Source of the DNA: Micrococcus luteus NCTC 2665
GTDB lineage: Bacteria > Actinomycetota > Actinomycetes > Actinomycetales > Micrococcaceae
NCBI RefSeq assembly: GCF_000023205.1
Contig: NC_012803.1
Coordinates: 1,770,001 to 1,802,000 of the forward strand
Length of the DNA stretch: 32,000 nt
Reading direction: 5' to 3'
In this document: one piece after another, positions 9,348 to 17,075 of the stretch
Numbering within the stretch: the first letter of the stretch is position 1
Layout: each line of letters opens with the position of its first letter
Made by a program: the position numbers and the translations under genes
The notes under the pieces: generated by a model
Seen by the model: the letters and a program-made list of their open reading frames with translations, nothing else
The model's database searches: none
What the model was told of the DNA's origin: nothing

Positions 9348-9391
9348 GCTATCGGCCGGGACGCAGACCGGGCCCGGGCTTCGCCGCGGGC

Positions 9392-10480
9392 TCAGCGCGA
9401 CGTGACGTCGGCGGCGGTGTGGGAGCGGCCCACCGCGGAGGAACCGTCCGCCCGGGCGGCACGGACCCGGCCACGCCGAGCGGCCCAGAGCTCGGCCAGG
9501 GCCAGCAACAGGCCCGCGGCCAGCACGATCCAGCCCAGGGTGGTCAGGGTCTGGGGGTAGGGGGCGACGGCGGCCGCGAACGCCGGGCGGGCGGCCTCCT
9601 CCATCTGCTGGACGAACGCGGCCACCCCCGGGGAGGCCCCCTCGGGCGCCGTGAGGTGGACCGCGTCCGGCCCCAGGCGGGCGCCGCCGATCAGCCCGCC
9701 GGCCAGGGCGACCGCACCCGCCACGGCCACGGCGAGACCCCGCCGCCCTCGGGGGGCAAGCAGCAGGGCGCCCACGAGCGCCAGCACGGACGCGGCGGCG
9801 GCCCAGCGCCAGTGCGCGGAGGCGTCCACCCAGCGGTGCACGGTGGCCCGGTCCGTGCCGGCCAAGGCGTCGATGCGCGCGTCCATGCGCAGCGCGGTGC
9901 TGTCCCGCAGGTCCGCGGCGCGGTCGTACAAGGGCGCCAGCAGCGTGTCCGCGGCCCAGTCGCCGACGTCCGCGCCCGCGATCGTCTCCAGCAGCGCCTG
10001 CCCGGGCAGGTCGAACCGGTCCTCGCGCAGGTCACGTTCGATGTCGCCCAGGGCGGCGGTGATCCCGGACTGTGCGACGGGACCGAACGGGATGGTCACG
10101 TCCGCGCCCGAGCCGGGCTCGTCCGCGCCCTGCGGGTCCTCGAGCTGGGCGAGCCAGGCGCGCCGGGCCTCGTCAGCGGTGTCGGACCAGCCCTGCACCA
10201 CCTGCGGGTCGTCCGCCACACGCTGGGCCAGCGGGCGCAGCAGGTCCTCGGCCACCTGGGCCAGCGGGCCGGGCACCTGCTCGGGGATGGCGTCGTGCAC
10301 GACGTCGTCGATCACCCCCGGCACGGCGGCGCGGACCTCGGGGTCCACCGCGACCTGCTCCGTCACCCCGCGCAGCAGCTCCGGGCGGTGCGTCGCCTCG
10401 TCGACGAGGGCACCGGCCGTCGCGAGCACCGCCAACAGGCCCGCCAGGGCCGCGACGAGGAAACTGAGAGTGGTGCGCAT
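9392..10480 (-). CDS. hypothetical membrane protein, 362 aa
   Basis: Start [23 protein letters not shown] (ATG 10480..10478). N-terminal TM anchor, acidic domain of about 220 aa, three C-terminal hydrophobic helices. The rest of the 857-aa tracked ORF is antisense to xseA and rejected. Confidence 0.7.
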   Translation of the reverse strand: MRTTLSFLVAALAGLLAVLATAGALVDEATHRPELLRGVTEQVAVDPEVRAAVPGVIDDVVHDAIPEQVPGPLAQVAEDLLRPLAQRVADDPQVVQGWSDTADEARRAWLAQLEDPQGADEPGSGADVTIPFGPVAQSGITAALGDIERDLREDRFDLPGQALLETIAGADVGDWAADTLLAPLYDRAADLRDSTALRMDARIDALAGTDRATVHRWVDASAHWRWAAAASVLALVGALLLAPRGRRGLAVAVAGAVALAGGLIGGARLGPDAVHLTAPEGASPGVAAFVQQMEEAARPAFAAAVAPYPQTLTTLGWIVLAAGLLLALAELWAARRGRVRAARADGSSAVGRSHTAADVTSR

Positions 10481-10487
10481 GGGGTCC

Positions 10488-10507
10488 TTCCATTCCGTTC
10501 CGTTCCG
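10488..10507. repeat. pentanucleotide tandem repeat (TTCCR)x4
   Basis: ttcca ttccg ttccg ttccg. On the minus strand this reads (CGGAA)3-TGGAA-GGACCCC-ATG, so it overlaps the ribosome-binding region of the 9392..10480 gene. Confidence 0.8.
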
Positions 10508-10672
10508 ACCCCGTCGAGCGTACTCATCCTGGCCGAACGTTCCCCGGTCTGAGCGCCCCGACCGGGTCGGCGGCGGGCCCGGGGGACGCCCGGGCGCCGT
10601 CTTGCGCGTCCGGCGAGGGCGGTACGGTGGGCCCGTGCCCGGGCGGACCGGGCGCGGACAGGAGGGACCCGG

Positions 10673-11986
10673 ATGGACCAGCCCGTGACCGAGGGCGCCT
10701 CGGCGGCGTCGGACGTGCCCGTCTCGGCGCCCGCCCGCGCGGGCGAGACCTCCGCCGAGCGGCCGTGGCCCCTGCGCCGGCTCTCCGAGAACCTCAAGGC
10801 CCACATCGAGCGCGCGCCCGCCACGTGGATCGAGGGCCAGCTCATCGAGTTCAAGAACAACCGCGGCAACGTCTACATGACCATGCGGGACCTCGAGGAG
10901 GAGGTGTCCCTGTCGCTCACCGCCTGGCGAAACGTCGCCATGACCCTGGACGGGACCGTCCAGCAGGGCTCCCGCGTGGTGGCGCGCGTGAAGCCGAACT
11001 TCTGGCTCAAGGCCGGGCGCCTGTCCATGAACGTGCAGGAGATGCGCCCGGTCGGACTCGGTGATCTGCTGGCCCGCGTGGAGCTGCTGCGCCGAGCCCT
11101 CGCCGAGGAGGGGCTGACCTCCCCCGCACGCAAACGGCCCCTGCCCCTGCTCCCCCACCGGATCGGGCTCATCACCGGCCGCGACTCGGACGCGAAGAAG
11201 GACGTGCTGCGCAACACGCTGCTGCGCTGGCCCGCGGCCGAGTTCGAGATCCGTGAGGTCGCCGTGCAGGGCGCCGAGGCCCCTCGGCAGGTGGCCGCCG
11301 CACTCGCCGAGCTCGACGCCGACCCGGCCGTGGACGTCATCGTCATCGCCCGCGGCGGCGGGGCGCTCGAGGAAGTCGTGCTCCCCTTCTCGGACGAGAC
11401 GCTGGTGCGCGCCGTGGCGGCGGCGCGCACGCCCGTCGTCTCGGCGATCGGCCACGAAGCGGACCGCCCGGTCCTCGACGACGTCGCCGACCTGCGCGCC
11501 TCCACCCCCACGGACGCGGCCAAGCGGATCGTCCCGGATGCGGCCCAGGAGGCCGCCGGGCTCGCCGACGCGCGCCTGCGGCTGGCCGCGGCCGTCGAGC
11601 GCCGCGTGCGCGCCGAGGCCGAGGGGCTCGCGACCCTGCGCTCCCGACCCGTGCTGGCCCGTCCGCACCTGATGGTGGACGCCCGGCAGGAGGAGACGGA
11701 CCGGTGGCGGGAGCGCGGCCGGTCCGCCCTGGGCCACCGGCTCGTCCGCGAGGAGGACGCCCTCACGCAGCTGCGCGCCCGCGTGCGCGCCCTGTCCCCG
11801 CAGCGCACCCTGGACCGCGGCTACGCCGTGGTCCAGCACGCCGGTCAGGTCGTGCGCGATGCGGACCAGGTCGCCCCGGACGACCGGCTCGACATCCTCG
11901 TGGCGGCCGGACGGATCACCGCGGACGTCGTCGCGACGCATCGGACCACCCCGACCCCATCCCACGAGAGGACACGACAGGCATGA
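10673..11986 (+). CDS. xseA: exodeoxyribonuclease VII large subunit
   Basis: 437 aa. N-terminal OB-fold region (WIEGQLIEFKNNRGNVYMTMRD) and catalytic core (IARGGGALEE...SAIGHEADRPVLDDVADLRASTPT). Shine-Dalgarno AGGAGGG upstream. Confidence 0.93.
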   Translation: MDQPVTEGASAASDVPVSAPARAGETSAERPWPLRRLSENLKAHIERAPATWIEGQLIEFKNNRGNVYMTMRDLEEEVSLSLTAWRNVAMTLDGTVQQGSRVVARVKPNFWLKAGRLSMNVQEMRPVGLGDLLARVELLRRALAEEGLTSPARKRPLPLLPHRIGLITGRDSDAKKDVLRNTLLRWPAAEFEIREVAVQGAEAPRQVAAALAELDADPAVDVIVIARGGGALEEVVLPFSDETLVRAVAAARTPVVSAIGHEADRPVLDDVADLRASTPTDAAKRIVPDAAQEAAGLADARLRLAAAVERRVRAEAEGLATLRSRPVLARPHLMVDARQEETDRWRERGRSALGHRLVREEDALTQLRARVRALSPQRTLDRGYAVVQHAGQVVRDADQVAPDDRLDILVAAGRITADVVATHRTTPTPSHERTRQA

Positions 11987-12270
11987 GCGAGCACGGCATC
12001 GAGCAGACGCAGGACGCGGGACGCCCCAGCGGCGTGGAGGGCTTCACGTCTGCGGACGTCTCGGACGTGGCCCGGATGAGCTACGAGCAGGCGCGCGCCG
12101 AGCTGATGGAGACCGTGGGGAGGCTGGAGGCCGGTGGCGCCGGCCTCGAGGAGTCCCTGGCCCTGTGGGAACGCGGGGAGGCGCTGGCCGACCGTTGCCA
12201 GGCCTGGCTGGACGGCGCCCGCGCCCGCCTCGACCAGGTGCGCGGCGAGGCCGCCCCCGACGCCGACTGA
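11983..12270 (+). CDS. xseB: exodeoxyribonuclease VII small subunit
   Basis: ATG 11983 overlaps the xseA stop (ATGA). SYEQARAELMETVGRLEAGGAGLEESLALWERGEALADRC is typical of XseB. Confidence 0.88.
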   Translation: MSEHGIEQTQDAGRPSGVEGFTSADVSDVARMSYEQARAELMETVGRLEAGGAGLEESLALWERGEALADRCQAWLDGARARLDQVRGEAAPDAD

Positions 12271-12390
12271 CCCCCGCCCCCGCCCCGCTTTCGTTCGGGA
12301 AACGGCGGCCTCCGCCCCGCTTTCGTTCGGGAAACGGCGGGGGCGGGGGCCACCGGCCCCCGCCCCCACGCGACTCGCGCCCGACGTCGG
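12271..12390. terminator. composite GC-rich hairpin/repeat element in the convergent xseB / DJ-1 gap (probable bidirectional terminator)
   Basis: 14-nt arm cccccgcccccgcc (12271..12284) is perfectly complementary to 12336..12349. The G-run 12339..12349 can alternatively pair with cccccgccccc at 12357..12367. Further palindromes: cgcgactcgcg (12369..12379) and ccgacgtcgg (12381..12390). Confidence 0.6.
12280..12340. repeat. 29-bp perfect direct repeat, two copies, 32-bp period
   Basis: ccgccccgctttcgttcgggaaacggcgg occurs at 12280..12308 and 12312..12340. Each copy can itself fold into an imperfect hairpin. Confidence 0.9.
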
Positions 12391-12975
12391 TCAGGCGGTC
12401 TGGTCCTCGTGCTTGCCCTCGCTCAGCTCCTCCACGACCTTGGCGTTGAAGGCGTCGAGGTCGTCCGGGGAGCGCGAGGTGGTCAGCCCGTTGTCCACGA
12501 CGACCTCCTCGTCCACCCACTGGGCGCCCGCGTTCTTCAGGTCAGTCTTCAGGGACGGGTAGCTGGTCAGGCGGCGGCCCTCCACGACGCCGGCCTCGAT
12601 CAGGGTCCACGGGGCGTGGCAGATGGCAGCCACCGGCTTGTGCTGCTCGAAGAAGGCACGCACGAACGCCTGGGCGTCCTTGTTGACGCGCATGGCGTCC
12701 GCGTTCAGGGTGCCGCCCGGCATCACGAGGCCGTCGAAGTCCTCGGCCTTGGCGTCCTTCACCGTCGTGTTCACGTCGAAGGACTCGCCGTGATCCCAGT
12801 CGGACTGCATCGCGGTGATGGTGCCGGACTCCGGCGAGACGAGCACGGGGGTCGCGCCGGCGGCGATCACGGCCTCCCACGGGGAGGTCAGCTCGACCTG
12901 CTCGACGCCGTTGGTCGCGAGGAACGCGACGGTCTTGCCGGTCAGCGGGGCATTCTGGTTGGCGTTCTCAGTCAT
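12391..12975 (-). CDS. DJ-1/PfpI family protein (type 1 glutamine amidotransferase-like)
   Basis: Start MTENANQ (ATG 12975..12973) behind AAGGTGG. Nucleophile elbow AICHAPWTL. The upstream extension to 13074 has low third-position GC and is rejected. Confidence 0.9.
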   Translation of the reverse strand: MTENANQNAPLTGKTVAFLATNGVEQVELTSPWEAVIAAGATPVLVSPESGTITAMQSDWDHGESFDVNTTVKDAKAEDFDGLVMPGGTLNADAMRVNKDAQAFVRAFFEQHKPVAAICHAPWTLIEAGVVEGRRLTSYPSLKTDLKNAGAQWVDEEVVVDNGLTTSRSPDDLDAFNAKVVEELSEGKHEDQTA

Positions 12976-12987
12976 GGGTCCACCTTT

Positions 12988-13021
12988 CGGATCGGATCCG
13001 GAGCGCCTCTGCGGCGCCCGG
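12988..13021. promoter_or_regulatory. two adjacent palindromes/hairpins in the ppk2 / DJ-1 intergenic region
   Basis: cggatc-g-gatccg at 12988..13000. ccgg-a-gcgcc-tctgc-ggcgc-ccgg at 12998..13021. Both lie 13 to 46 nt upstream of the DJ-1 start codon. Confidence 0.35.
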
Positions 13022-13102
13022 TGTCCGTACATCGACTCACCGCGGCCCCGTGCTCGGCAAGGTCCGGCCACCACTGCCCGCCCATCGCGACGACGGCGGC
13101 GC

Positions 13103-14020
13103 TCAGCCCGCCAGCAGGCGACGGCGGGCGGCCGCGACGTCGAAGTCGGCCTTCGGCCAGTCCAGCCCCATCCCCTGCAGGGTCTCGATGATCAGCTGCT
13201 GCACCGCCAGCCGCGCGAACCACTTGCGGTCCGCCGGCACGATGAACCACGGCGCGTCCTCGGTGTCCGTCCGCTCGATCGCGATCCGGTACGCGTCCAT
13301 GTACTGGTCCCAGTACGCGCGGTCATCGAGATCGCTCTCGCTGAACTTCCAGTGCTTCGTGGGGTCGTCCAGGCGGGCCAGCAGGCGCTTGGCCTGCTCC
13401 TCCGGCGAGATCCGCAGCATCACCTTGACGATCCGTGTCCCCGCGGCGCGCACGGCCGCCTCGAACTCGCGGATGGCCCCGTAGCGCTCCTCCACCTCGG
13501 CCAGAGGGGAGAGCCCGCGCACGCGGTGCACGAGCACGTCCTCGTAGTGCGACCGGTCGAACACGGAGACCAGGCCGGGCCGCGGGAGGTGCGGTCGGAT
13601 GCGCCACAGGAAGTCGTGGGCGCGCTCCTCCGGGGTCGGCGCCTTGAACGCGTGCACGTGGACGCCCAGCGGATCCATCGCCCCGATCACGTGGCGTATG
13701 ATCCCGCCCTTGCCGGCGGTGTCCATGCCCTGCAGGACCACCAGCAGGGACGGCACCTCCCCCACGGGCGCGTCGCGCACCGACTGGGCGAACAGCAGCT
13801 CCTGCAGGTCGGCGAGCACCGCGCCGCGCGCGGCCAGGTCCTTCTTGCCCTTCGCCTTGTCCCCGCCGTAGCCGGGCGTCGCGGCGGCGTCGACGTCGGC
13901 CGGGCCCCGGACCTCGTCCCCGCGGCGGGCGGCGAACAGCTCCCGGGCGGGGGCGCCGAAGACGCTGTCGTCGGTGGGGCGGGCGGGTCGGCCCGCCTCG
14001 GCGGCCGGGGTGTCAGCCAT
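13103..14020 (-). CDS. ppk2: polyphosphate kinase 2 family protein (polyphosphate:nucleotide phosphotransferase)
   Basis: PPK2 pattern LLVVLQGMDTAGKGG...FDRSHYEDVLV...WFIVPADRKW. The ATG 14020..14018 overlaps the upstream gene by 8 nt. Confidence 0.9.
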   Translation of the reverse strand: MADTPAAEAGRPARPTDDSVFGAPARELFAARRGDEVRGPADVDAAATPGYGGDKAKGKKDLAARGAVLADLQELLFAQSVRDAPVGEVPSLLVVLQGMDTAGKGGIIRHVIGAMDPLGVHVHAFKAPTPEERAHDFLWRIRPHLPRPGLVSVFDRSHYEDVLVHRVRGLSPLAEVEERYGAIREFEAAVRAAGTRIVKVMLRISPEEQAKRLLARLDDPTKHWKFSESDLDDRAYWDQYMDAYRIAIERTDTEDAPWFIVPADRKWFARLAVQQLIIETLQGMGLDWPKADFDVAAARRRLLAG

Positions 14021-15251
14021 GGCGCTCCCTCCAGTCCTCGAGGAAGTCCTCGAGGCGGTCCAGGGCCACGTCCAGGTCCTTCACGCTGGGCAGCGTGACG
14101 AGCCGGAAGTGGTCGCTGTGCGGGTAGTTGAACGCCCCGCCGTGCGAGACGAGGATCTTCTTCGCCCGCAGCAGCTCGATGACGAACGCCTCGTCGTCGT
14201 CGATCGCGTAGACCTCCGGGTCCAGCCGCGGGAACAGGTAGAGGGCGCCGTGGGCCGGCTGCACGGACACGCCGGGGATGGCGTTCAGGCGGTCCTGGGC
14301 GAGGTTGCGCTGCTCGAGCAGCCGGCCGCCGGGCAGGACGAGGTCGTTGATGGACTGGTAGCCGCCCAGTGCCACCTGGATGGCGTGCTGCGCGGGCACG
14401 TTGGCGCACATCCGCATGTTGGCCAGCAGGGTCAGGCCCTCGAGGAAGTCGGCGGCCCGGTGCTTCGGCCCGGACACGGCCACCCAGCCGGAGCGGTAGC
14501 CCGCCACCCGGTACGCCTTGGACAGGCCTGAGAACGTCAGGGTGAGCACGTCGTCGGACAGGCCGGCGGCGTTGATGTGGCGGGCGCCGTCGTAGGTGAT
14601 CTTCTCGTAGATCTCGTCCGCCATGAGGACGAGGTTGTGGCGGCGGGCCACGTCCACGATGCCCTGCAGCACGGCGCGGGAGTAGACCGCGCCGGTGGGG
14701 TTGTTCGGGTTGATCAGGACGATGCCCTTGGTGCGCTCCGTGATGAGGGACTCGATGTGCTCGAGGTCGGGCTCCCAGCCCTCCTCCTCGACGCAGCGGT
14801 AGTGCACCGCCCGGCCCCCGGCCAGGGTGGTGGCGCCGGTCCACAGCGGGTAGTCGGGCGAGGGGACGAGGATCTCGTCGCCGTCGTCGACCAGGGCCTG
14901 CAAGACCATGGTGATCATCTCGGACACGCCGTTGCCGATGAACACGTCGTCCACGCCGATGTCCCGGATGCCCCGGGACTCGTAGTACTGCGAGACGGCG
15001 GTGCGCGCCGAGTAGATGCCCTTGGAGTCCGAGTAGCCCTGCGCGTGCGGCAGGTGCTGGTGCATCGCCGCCAGGACGGCGTCCGGCGCCTCGAAGCCGA
15101 ACGGGGCCGGGTTGCCGATGTTCAGCTTCATGATCCGGTGGCCCTCGGCCTCCATCCGCTGCGCCTCCTCCAGGATGGGGCCGCGCACGTCGTAGCGGAC
15201 GTTCAGCAGCTTGGCGGACTGGCGGATCTGGCGGGGATGCGGGGTCGGCAT
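14013..15251 (-). CDS. alaA: pyridoxal-phosphate aminotransferase, AlaA-type alanine aminotransferase
   Basis: N-terminus KLLNVRYDVRGPILEEAQRMEAEGHRIMKLNIGNPAPFGFEAPD and the PLP-lysine region FSGLSKAYRVAGYRSGW closely resemble AlaA/YfbQ-type enzymes. Confidence 0.88.
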   Translation of the reverse strand: MPTPHPRQIRQSAKLLNVRYDVRGPILEEAQRMEAEGHRIMKLNIGNPAPFGFEAPDAVLAAMHQHLPHAQGYSDSKGIYSARTAVSQYYESRGIRDIGVDDVFIGNGVSEMITMVLQALVDDGDEILVPSPDYPLWTGATTLAGGRAVHYRCVEEEGWEPDLEHIESLITERTKGIVLINPNNPTGAVYSRAVLQGIVDVARRHNLVLMADEIYEKITYDGARHINAAGLSDDVLTLTFSGLSKAYRVAGYRSGWVAVSGPKHRAADFLEGLTLLANMRMCANVPAQHAIQVALGGYQSINDLVLPGGRLLEQRNLAQDRLNAIPGVSVQPAHGALYLFPRLDPEVYAIDDDEAFVIELLRAKKILVSHGGAFNYPHSDHFRLVTLPSVKDLDVALDRLEDFLEDWRERHG

Positions 15252-15334
15252 GCCCCCATCATGGCACCCCCCGGGCGGTGTGCATCACAGTCGAGCTCGT
15301 GCGACGCGGGCCGGCACCCCTCCCCCGTGCGAGC

Positions 15335-16450
15335 TCAGAACCAGGAGCCGCGGGGCACGAACCAGTCCTCGGGCGCGTCCTCCAGGCCGTGGTCCACCAG
15401 CCAGTACTGCGCGGCCTCGGCGGCCGGAAGCGGGTCGTCGCCCGTGGTGAGCCATTCGAGCTCCCGCAGGCCGTCGCCGTCGAGGGCGGACATCACCTCG
15501 GCGATGCGCCGTTCGGCGTCGTCGTCCAGCGTCGCGGCGGAGCCGACGGCGGTCAGCCGCCCCTCGGGGAGCACGCGGCCGTCGTCCTCGAGCGGGACGA
15601 GCGAGTTCGCGTCGATCTCCGGATCCGTGTCGGTCAGCAGCGCGACCTGGGCCTCGTCCGCGACGACGGCGGCGCTCGGGTCCTCGGTGTCGGCCAGCCA
15701 GGTCTCGGGTCGGCAGCCGGCGAGCCGGTCCAGGCGGGCGCGCAGGGCCGTGGCCGCGTCCGGATTCGCCGCGGCGGTCAGGGGCGGGGGTGCGACGGCG
15801 GTGAGCGACTCGCACCGGCCGTTGAGGTCCGTGATCGACTCGAGCTCGAGCCGGGCCGCGGTGGTCTGGGTGACGACCGCGGTCAGGCGCAGCACGCCCG
15901 CCGACGAGGACAGCACCGCCGGGGCCTCGTCCTGCGGTGTCCCCGCCGCGGCCGTCTGCCCGGCGAGCAGCGTCTCCAGGATGCGCCGGGCCGCCGGGGC
16001 GTCGGCCGCGGGGTCGCCGACGGGCAGCGCGGTGGGGCTCGGGGCGGCGGTCGAGGCGGTGGGCACGGCGTCCATGGACGGGCCGGCCTCCGTCCCGGTC
16101 GGCGTCGACGACGGCGGGGACGGCAGCGCCGCTGCGGGGTCGGCGGCGGCCAGGGCCAGGGTGTCCACGACGGCGACCGTGTCCCCGCCGGCGGCGGACC
16201 ACGCCGACTGCTCCACGGCGACGCCGTCCTCGTCCGCCACGGCGTGGCCCTGCAGGCGCAGGTGACGGGCCAGGACCGCCGCGACGGCGCCCTCCAGGCC
16301 CTCGCCGCCGTGCACGACCGTGATCGGTGTGCCTGACGCGGAGGGCGTCGGCGGGGCGTCCGCCTGCCGCGCGCACGCCCCCAGGGCCAGCGACAGCGCG
16401 AGGGCGGAGGCGGCGAGGGCCGTCGGGCGGCGGTGGGCGGGGCGGCTCAC
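15335..16450 (-). CDS. putative lipoprotein, glycine-betaine/osmoprotectant substrate-binding-protein-like (OpuAC-like)
   Basis: GTG start 16450..16448. Signal peptide plus lipobox LALGAC. N- and C-terminal segments (ITVVHGGEGLEGAVAAVLARHL..., LVPLEDDGRVLPEGRLTAV, AAQYWLVDHGL) resemble OpuAC-type SBPs. A long Ala/Pro/Thr/Ser low-complexity insert is present. The family assignment is tentative. Confidence 0.6.
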   Translation of the reverse strand: MSRPAHRRPTALAASALALSLALGACARQADAPPTPSASGTPITVVHGGEGLEGAVAAVLARHLRLQGHAVADEDGVAVEQSAWSAAGGDTVAVVDTLALAAADPAAALPSPPSSTPTGTEAGPSMDAVPTASTAAPSPTALPVGDPAADAPAARRILETLLAGQTAAAGTPQDEAPAVLSSSAGVLRLTAVVTQTTAARLELESITDLNGRCESLTAVAPPPLTAAANPDAATALRARLDRLAGCRPETWLADTEDPSAAVVADEAQVALLTDTDPEIDANSLVPLEDDGRVLPEGRLTAVGSAATLDDDAERRIAEVMSALDGDGLRELEWLTTGDDPLPAAEAAQYWLVDHGLEDAPEDWFVPRGSWF

Positions 16451-16923
16451 GTGTCCACCCCGGCACGGGCGAGCGCCTCGGTGACCCAGGAGGCGGTGCG
16501 CAGCTCGCTGAGCTCCGCGAGGTCGAACCAGCGCGCGTCCGTCGAGGATCCGCCGACCTCAGGGCGCAGGACGCCGCCCGTGATGCGGGCGGTGTAGAGG
16601 ACCTGCACGGTGAGCAGGGGCAGCGGCTCGCCCCGCAGGCGCTTCTCCACCGGGATCGTCCCGGTCGTGACGCCCAGCAGGCCCGTGAGCTCGGCGGTGT
16701 GGCCGGTCTCCTCCCAGACCTCGCGCAGGCACGCCTCCTCCGGGCTCTCGCCGAGCTCGATGCCGCCGCCGGGCAGCGTCCACTGCAGGAACTCGGGCCC
16801 CTGCCACGAGCTGAGCAGGACGCGGCCGCCGTCCACGATCAGGGCGTAGGCGCCGGCGCGCGTCTGGAACGGGCCTGCGGGGTGCGCTCCGGCGGCGTCC
16901 GGGGCGGCGGGGGTGGTGTTCAT
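16447..16923 (-). CDS. NUDIX hydrolase
   Basis: Nudix box GGGIELGESPEEACLREVWEETG. Start MNTTPAAP (ATG 16923..16921). Its stop overlaps the lipoprotein GTG start (GTGA). Confidence 0.88.
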   Translation of the reverse strand: MNTTPAAPDAAGAHPAGPFQTRAGAYALIVDGGRVLLSSWQGPEFLQWTLPGGGIELGESPEEACLREVWEETGHTAELTGLLGVTTGTIPVEKRLRGEPLPLLTVQVLYTARITGGVLRPEVGGSSTDARWFDLAELSELRTASWVTEALARAGVDT

Positions 16924-17075
16924 GGCTGCGGGCTCCTGGCGGCGGTGGGACGGCCCGCGGCGGGCGACGCCGGGGCCCGGCCAGTCTACGAGCACCGCCC
17001 ACCGCGAACAGCGGCACGGTCCACCGACCCGCGCCCTAGGCTGGAGGACCACCCGTCCCGCCCCCGGAAGGAGCA

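Noticed and set aside
10481-11965. Upstream 495-codon extension of the 857-aa minus ORF (9392..11965)
   Set aside because: This part is antisense to xseA and R/G/P-rich. The real gene starts at MRTTLSF (10480), behind a GGAAGGA ribosome-binding site.
12280-12340. Possible CRISPR array or 6C-type C-rich small RNA
   Set aside because: There are only two repeat copies with a 3-nt spacer and no cas genes, so it is not CRISPR. The C-runs here pair with G-runs as stems rather than forming the C-rich loops typical of 6C RNA, and the genomic context differs.
12976-13074. 33-codon N-terminal extension of the DJ-1/PfpI ORF
   Set aside because: About one third of the third codon positions are A/T, which is non-coding-like for this genome. 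A good AAGGTGG site precedes the internal ATG at 12975.
12815-14098. 427-aa plus-strand ORF antisense to ppk2
   Set aside because: The minus frame has unambiguous PPK2 motifs, and the plus-frame product is low-complexity.
14577-16466. Long ORFs overlapping alaA and the lipoprotein gene (562 aa plus, 393 aa minus, 352 aa plus)
   Set aside because: They are Arg/Gly/Pro/Ala low-complexity translations in alternative frames or strands of genes that have clear motifs (AlaA) or a signal peptide with lipobox.
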